This document shows positions 59,152 to 64,000 of a DNA stretch of 64,000 bases, piece after piece; within the stretch, counting starts at the first letter, position 1, and each line of letters opens with the position of its first letter. The notes beneath the pieces were generated by a model that saw only the letters and a program-made list of their open reading frames with translations, did no database searches and was not told the origin of the DNA. This DNA comes from Planctomycetota bacterium. Its GTDB lineage: Bacteria > Planctomycetota > B15-G4. The DNA lies in contig CBDFJQ010000002.1 in the NCBI GenBank assembly GCA_965248575.1, positions 32,001 through 96,000 of the forward strand. The letters run 5' to 3'. Position numbers and translations under genes: made by a program.

Positions 59152-60833
59152 GAACTGTCGATCCCGCGAGCGGTGATCAAACTGTCCCCAAGTCGGCGAA
59201 GTTCGTGACGTGGCAGGAAGCCTTCGGGGCGGCCAAGCAACGGGACGTGCCCTTCGAGACCGTGTCGTGTGAGCCGGTGCCGGCGCTGATCACGCAGGAT
59301 GCGCTGGCGGGCCAGGACGTGGACGCGGATATCGGCCTGCCTGGCCAATTCCCATTCACGCGCGGACCATACGCGAGCATGTACCGCACGCGCCTCTGGA
59401 CCATGCGCCAGTTCGCTGGTTTCGGTTCTGCGGCAGACACGAACGCGCGCTTCAAGTATCTGCTCGGTCGCGGGCAGGACGGTCTCTCGGTCGCCTTCGA
59501 CCTGCCCACCTTGATGGGCTACGACAGCGACCACGACCACAGCATCGGTGAGGTGGGGCGTTGCGGCGTGGCCATCTCCTCGCTGGCGGACATGGAGACC
59601 CTCTTCGAAGGCGTGCCGTTGGGTGAGGTCACCACCTCGATGACCATCAACTCGCCAGCGGCCATCATCTGGGCCATGTACCTGGTGACGGCCCAGAAAC
59701 AGGGATGGAAGCTGGACCAGCTCGGCGGCACCACGCAGAACGACATTCTCAAGGAGTACATCGCGCAGAAGGAGTACATCTTTCCGCCCGAGCCGAGCAT
59801 GCGTCTGGTGGTGGACACGATGGAGTATGCGGCGAAGCACGTGCCGCGTTGGCACCCCGTGTCCATCTCCGGTTACCACATCCGCGAGGCGGGGAGCACG
59901 GCCGTCCAAGAACTCGCGTTCACGCTGGCCGACGGCTTTGCCTATGTGGAAGCCTGCATCGAGCGGGGCATGGAGGTCGATGACTTCGCTCCGCGTCTCT
60001 CGCATTTCTTCAATAGCCACTTGGACTTCTTCGAAGAGATCGCGAAGTTTCGGGCGGCTCGGCGGATCTACGCTAAGCGCATGCGCGACAAGTACGGCGC
60101 CAAGAACCCGCGCAGCATGACGCTGCGCTTCCACACCCAGACGGCGGGCTGCAGTCTCACGGCGCAGCAGCCCTACAACAACATCGTGCGCACGACTTGG
60201 GAGGCGCTGGCGGGCGTGCTGGGCGGTACGCAGAGCCTGCACACCAACAGCATGGACGAGACCTTCGCCCTGCCGACCGAGAACGCGGTGAAGATCGCGC
60301 TGCGGACCCAGCAGTTGATCGCCTACGAATCTGGTGTGACCAACACCATCGATCCGCTGGCGGGGAGCTGGTTCGTCGAGGATCTCACGAACCGCATGGA
60401 GCGGGGCGCGGAGGAGATCTTCGCGCAGATCGATGATTTGGGTGGCGTGGTACCGGCCATCGAGAAGGGCTGGTTCCAGCGCGAGATCGCCCGCAGCGCG
60501 TATCAGTACCAGCGCGAGGTCGAGTCGGGGAACCAGGTGATCATCGGTGTGAATCACCACCAGGAAGACAGCGCCCAGGACGACAAGATCGAGCTGCTCC
60601 GGATCAGCTTGGAGACCGAGAAGGAGCAGGTCGCTCGGCTGAATCAGGTCAAGCAGGACCGCAGCGATGCGGCGGTCAAGCAGGCGCTCGATCGCATCCG
60701 CGCCGATGCCAAGAGCGGCGTGAACCTCATGCCTGCCTTGATGCAGGCGTCTGAGGTCTACGCCACGCTGGGTGAAATGACCGACGTCATGCGCGAAGAG
60801 TTCGGGACGTACCGGGAGACCCCCATCTTCTAG
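59148..60833 (+). CDS. icmA: B12-dependent acyl-CoA mutase large subunit with isobutyryl-CoA mutase signature
   Basis: WTMRQFAGF (Phe, not MCM Tyr) and KEYIAQKEY (Gln, not MCM Arg); SISGYHIRE. Confidence 0.75.
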   Translation: MRTVDPASGDQTVPKSAKFVTWQEAFGAAKQRDVPFETVSCEPVPALITQDALAGQDVDADIGLPGQFPFTRGPYASMYRTRLWTMRQFAGFGSAADTNARFKYLLGRGQDGLSVAFDLPTLMGYDSDHDHSIGEVGRCGVAISSLADMETLFEGVPLGEVTTSMTINSPAAIIWAMYLVTAQKQGWKLDQLGGTTQNDILKEYIAQKEYIFPPEPSMRLVVDTMEYAAKHVPRWHPVSISGYHIREAGSTAVQELAFTLADGFAYVEACIERGMEVDDFAPRLSHFFNSHLDFFEEIAKFRAARRIYAKRMRDKYGAKNPRSMTLRFHTQTAGCSLTAQQPYNNIVRTTWEALAGVLGGTQSLHTNSMDETFALPTENAVKIALRTQQLIAYESGVTNTIDPLAGSWFVEDLTNRMERGAEEIFAQIDDLGGVVPAIEKGWFQREIARSAYQYQREVESGNQVIIGVNHHQEDSAQDDKIELLRISLETEKEQVARLNQVKQDRSDAAVKQALDRIRADAKSGVNLMPALMQASEVYATLGEMTDVMREEFGTYRETPIF

Positions 60834-60895
60834 GACCTCGTCCGGGACAGGCCCCCAAACAACAGCTACTTCTCAGCAAATCAGGATTACTGAAC

Positions 60896-61315
60896 ATGGA
60901 ACAACCGATTCGCGTTCTCGTCGCCAAGCCCGGGCTTGACGGGCACGACCGCGGCGCCAAGGTCGTCGCTGCGGCCCTGCGAGATGCCGGCATGGAAGTC
61001 ATCTACGGCGGCTTGCATCAAACCCCGGACGCCATCGTGCAGATGGCGATCCAGGAGGACGTGGATGTGGTTGGACTGTCCATCCTCTCGGGGGCACATA
61101 TGACCCTGTTCCCGAAGGTGAAGCAGCTGCTGGATGCAGCTGGGGGCGAGTCGATCCTGCTGACGGGTGGCGGGATCATCTCGGGCGACGACATGGAAGT
61201 CCTCGAGAAGCAGGGCGTCGGTACCTTGTTTGGCCCCGGCGCGCGACTGGCGGATCTGGTGGAGTACATCCGGACCGAAATTGGCACGCGGCGTACGACG
61301 ACACGGAGTGCATGA
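60896..61315 (+). CDS. icmB: B12-binding small subunit of acyl-CoA mutase
   Basis: KPGLDGHDRG (DxHxxG), SILSGAH, GG.I, FGPG. Confidence 0.8.
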   Translation: MEQPIRVLVAKPGLDGHDRGAKVVAAALRDAGMEVIYGGLHQTPDAIVQMAIQEDVDVVGLSILSGAHMTLFPKVKQLLDAAGGESILLTGGGIISGDDMEVLEKQGVGTLFGPGARLADLVEYIRTEIGTRRTTTRSA

Positions 61316-61316
61316 G

Positions 61317-61649
61317 ATGACAGCGAACACGCGAAAGACGACGCCGCAACCCATGCCCGATCGGGAGATCCTGAATATCGACGGTGCTGCTGCATTGCTC
61401 GGTGTGAGCGTCAAGACCTTCAGCAAGGTCCTGCGCCAGGGAGATGTTCCTGGTCGCAAGGTCGGCCGCGAATGGAAGTTCTCGCGCCAGGCCCTCATCG
61501 ATTGGATCGGCCAGGCCAAGTCCCGCAACTTTATGGAGGCAGACGGCACGATGGGGCCAGCTGCTGAACGCCCGATTCGCGGCTCCTCCGCCGCCTCTGC
61601 CGCCTCTCGGCGCACCCGAGACGATGGCTTCTCCGTGGACAGCATGTAA
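61317..61649 (+). CDS. small HTH_17/excisionase-like DNA-binding protein
   Basis: ILNIDGAAALLGVS.KT......G.VPGRKVGREWKF....L..W; TAATG coupling to the next gene. Confidence 0.85.
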   Translation: MTANTRKTTPQPMPDREILNIDGAAALLGVSVKTFSKVLRQGDVPGRKVGREWKFSRQALIDWIGQAKSRNFMEADGTMGPAAERPIRGSSAASAASRRTRDDGFSVDSM

Positions 61650-62806
61650 TGACGATTGTGGAGCCGATGGCGATCTCCGAAGAACAGGAGATGCTCCGAG
61701 ACACTGTGCGCAGCTTTGCGCGGGAAGAGCTCCTCCCCCAGGCGGTTGAGATTGATCGAGAGGCGCGCTTTCCAACGGACACCTTCGCCAAGTTGGCGGA
61801 GCTGGGCCTCCTGGGCATGCCCATCCCGGAGGAGTATGAAGGGGTCAACATCGACTCCGTGGCCTCCAGCCTGGTGATCGCCGAGTTGGCCAAGGCCTGC
61901 GGCTCCACGGCGCTCGGCGTCGCTGCCCACAACTCCCTCTGTCTGTGGCCGATCTACTCCTTCGGGGATGATGAGCAGCGCGCCAAATATGTGCCTGACC
62001 TGGCCTCCGGACGGAAGCTCGGCGCCTTCGGTCTGACGGAAGCCAACGCCGGTTCAGACTCCGGTGGCACCCAGACCACCGCCGTTCGTGACGGAGACCA
62101 CTGGGTGCTCAACGGCACCAAGTGCTTCATCACCAACGCCAACTATGCGGACACCTTCATCGTCACGGCGGTGACGGACAAGGACGCTGGAACCAAGGCT
62201 GGAATCAGCTCGTTCATCCTCGAGCGCGGCATGGAGGGCTTCGGCATCCACAAGGGTGACGAGAAGCTGGGCATGCGCGGCTCCGATTGGGGTGAGCTGA
62301 CCTTCCAGGACCTGCGCATCCCCGACTCGCAACTGTTGGGCGAGGAAGGGCATGGCTTCGTGAACTTCATGAAGACCCTGGATGGCGGGCGCGTGGGAAT
62401 CGCTGCGCTCGCCCTAGGTCTCGCGGAAGGCGCTTTTGAACTGGCTCTGAAGTACAGCCAAGAACGGGAAGCCTTCGGGAAGCCCATCGCCAAGAAGCAG
62501 GCGGTCGCGTTCATGCTGGCGGACATGGCCACCCAGATCGAAGCTGCCCGCGGGCTGGTCCGCACCGCAGCCTTGCGCAAGGATGCGGGCTTGCCGTACA
62601 GCAAGGAAGCTGCCATGGCGAAGCTCTTCAGCTCCGAAATCGCCATGAAGGTGACCTATGACGCCATCCAAGTGCATGGCGGCTATGGCTTCACCACCGA
62701 ATACCACGTCGAGCGGATGTACCGCGACGCCAAACTATGCACCATCGGCGAAGGCACGAGCGAGATTCAGCGCATCGTGATCAGCCGCGAAATCCTGAAC
62801 CACTGA
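61649..62806 (+). CDS. acyl-CoA dehydrogenase
   Basis: GLTEANAGSD, K.FITN, REAFG, VHGGYG, IGEGTSEIQ. Confidence 0.95.
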   Translation: MTIVEPMAISEEQEMLRDTVRSFAREELLPQAVEIDREARFPTDTFAKLAELGLLGMPIPEEYEGVNIDSVASSLVIAELAKACGSTALGVAAHNSLCLWPIYSFGDDEQRAKYVPDLASGRKLGAFGLTEANAGSDSGGTQTTAVRDGDHWVLNGTKCFITNANYADTFIVTAVTDKDAGTKAGISSFILERGMEGFGIHKGDEKLGMRGSDWGELTFQDLRIPDSQLLGEEGHGFVNFMKTLDGGRVGIAALALGLAEGAFELALKYSQEREAFGKPIAKKQAVAFMLADMATQIEAARGLVRTAALRKDAGLPYSKEAAMAKLFSSEIAMKVTYDAIQVHGGYGFTTEYHVERMYRDAKLCTIGEGTSEIQRIVISREILNH

Positions 62807-62834
62807 CGCAGTCCCTACCCCGTCCCAGGACGCT

Positions 62835-64000
62835 ATGACCGCGAACAACACACTGGCCGATGCGGCCGCTTCTGGGGGTGTCGAAGCCCTCGAGTCCATC
62901 TGGCTCGAAAGCATGGAGGACCCGCAAGAGGCGCGGGCCTATCTCGATGCCTTGGAGGCCTTGCCCGACGCCCACCAGCGAGGAGCCGCTCCGGCCTTGC
63001 TTCCGGCGCTCCTGGAGGCATTCCAGGCACGGGATGCCCACCACGATGTGCTCGAAGTGGTCAAGGCGATGTACGCCTTCCACGTCGGTCCACGGGGGCA
63101 GGACCTGTGCCAGGTGAGCCTGGACGCCATCGCCTCCCTCTATGCGAAGGAAGACTGGTACGAACTCTTCCTCGGCCTGGCGAAGATCGACGACCTGGAT
63201 CCTTCCGAGGGCGTTGAACGGTTCCAGAAGCTCGTGGCCTTGCTGCCCGGCTCGCCCATCTACCATCGAACCGGTTGGGGCGATGGCGTCGTGACCGGTA
63301 CCGATCTCCCGGAGGAGAGCTTCCTGGTGAAGTTCACATCCGAGTCCTTCGAGCGCAGCATGCCGTTCACCACAGGGCTGGATGTGCTCACGGCACTCCC
63401 CGCGGACGACCTTCGTGCGCGCCTGCTCGTCGGTCTGGACGGGCTGAAGACCGATGCCGTGGAGGACCCCTCCTCCCTGGTTCGGGCCGTGGCCCGTCTG
63501 CACCATGGCAAGGCCGCCAGCAAGGAGATCAAGCAGTGGTTGTGTGGCCCCGTGATCGAGGCCAGTGGCTGGGCGAGTTGGTGGCGCAAGGCGAAGGTGG
63601 CCGCTGCCGCTGACCCCTACATCAAGGTGGACAACCCGAGCCGTCCCGTCTTCGTGCTGCGCAAACGTGCGTTGTCAGCGGATGACGAAGCGCTCGAGGC
63701 CATGTCCCGGGCCGAAGGTCTGGCTGGCTTGCTGAACGTGATTCGCGGGCCGCTGTCGCTGGAACCCAGCGAGGCGCTGAAGACCTCCATGTTGGACCGA
63801 CTCGCAGAGGGTGTGACGGACCAGGAGGCCGAGTCGATCGCACGTGCCGAAGCTGCCGTGGCGCTCATGCGTCATGGGCGCTGGACCGCTGAGGAAGCTG
63901 GAAAGTTCCTGAGCGGACTGGTGGAGGGAGACCCCCTCGGCTTTGGAGGTCTGGTGGCGCGCATGAACCCGGCCCCCTTGCGTCGAGAGGCGCTGGAGGC
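62835..64000 (+). CDS. probable GreA/GreB factor with large N-terminal extension (3' partial; absent from ORF track)
   Basis: Open from ATG 62835 to window end (MTANNTLADA...). H..GWG.G.V and WASWWRKAK motifs resemble extended GreA of PVC bacteria and spirochaetes. The Gre domain itself is not in the window. Confidence 0.7.
   Translation, partial: MTANNTLADAAASGGVEALESIWLESMEDPQEARAYLDALEALPDAHQRGAAPALLPALLEAFQARDAHHDVLEVVKAMYAFHVGPRGQDLCQVSLDAIASLYAKEDWYELFLGLAKIDDLDPSEGVERFQKLVALLPGSPIYHRTGWGDGVVTGTDLPEESFLVKFTSESFERSMPFTTGLDVLTALPADDLRARLLVGLDGLKTDAVEDPSSLVRAVARLHHGKAASKEIKQWLCGPVIEASGWASWWRKAKVAAAADPYIKVDNPSRPVFVLRKRALSADDEALEAMSRAEGLAGLLNVIRGPLSLEPSEALKTSMLDRLAEGVTDQEAESIARAEAAVALMRHGRWTAEEAGKFLSGLVEGDPLGFGGLVARMNPAPLRREALE

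Noticed and set aside
61317..61649. Prophage/ICE excisionase marking a mobile element
   Set aside because: No integrase, att repeats or composition shift.

Overview
GC-rich bacterial chromosome segment with about 55 protein genes. I saw no rRNA, tRNA, CRISPR array, transposase or integrase. The gene repertoire suggests Planctomycetota/PVC (inference): an N-terminally extended GreA, a long LepB coupled to lptB, FG-GAP, VWA and DUF1570-like secreted proteins, and a kinase-sigma54 hybrid. Most genes are housekeeping: aroB, folC, rluB-like, rsmD, split coaB/coaC, prfB with its programmed +1 frameshift, purH, etfBA, lptB, lepB, lepA, rdgB, rph, birA, apt, argS and pyrK. There is also an acyl-CoA operon whose B12 mutase carries isobutyryl-CoA mutase signature residues. 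Best leads: (1) two unannotated, strand-consistent multibranch RNA structures, at 23998-24203 upstream of prfB-purH (followed by an SD-occluding hairpin) and at about 39905-40240 between convergent genes; (2) a dispersed sigma-28 circuit with no flagellar genes in the window, made of a FliA/WhiG sigma with a histone-H1-like N-terminal arm and its own sigma-28-type promoter plus a 64-aa truncated FlgM-like protein behind another such promoter; (3) LptB with a (PE)n linker and an H1-like tail. All family calls are by-eye motif recognition; no database search was run.
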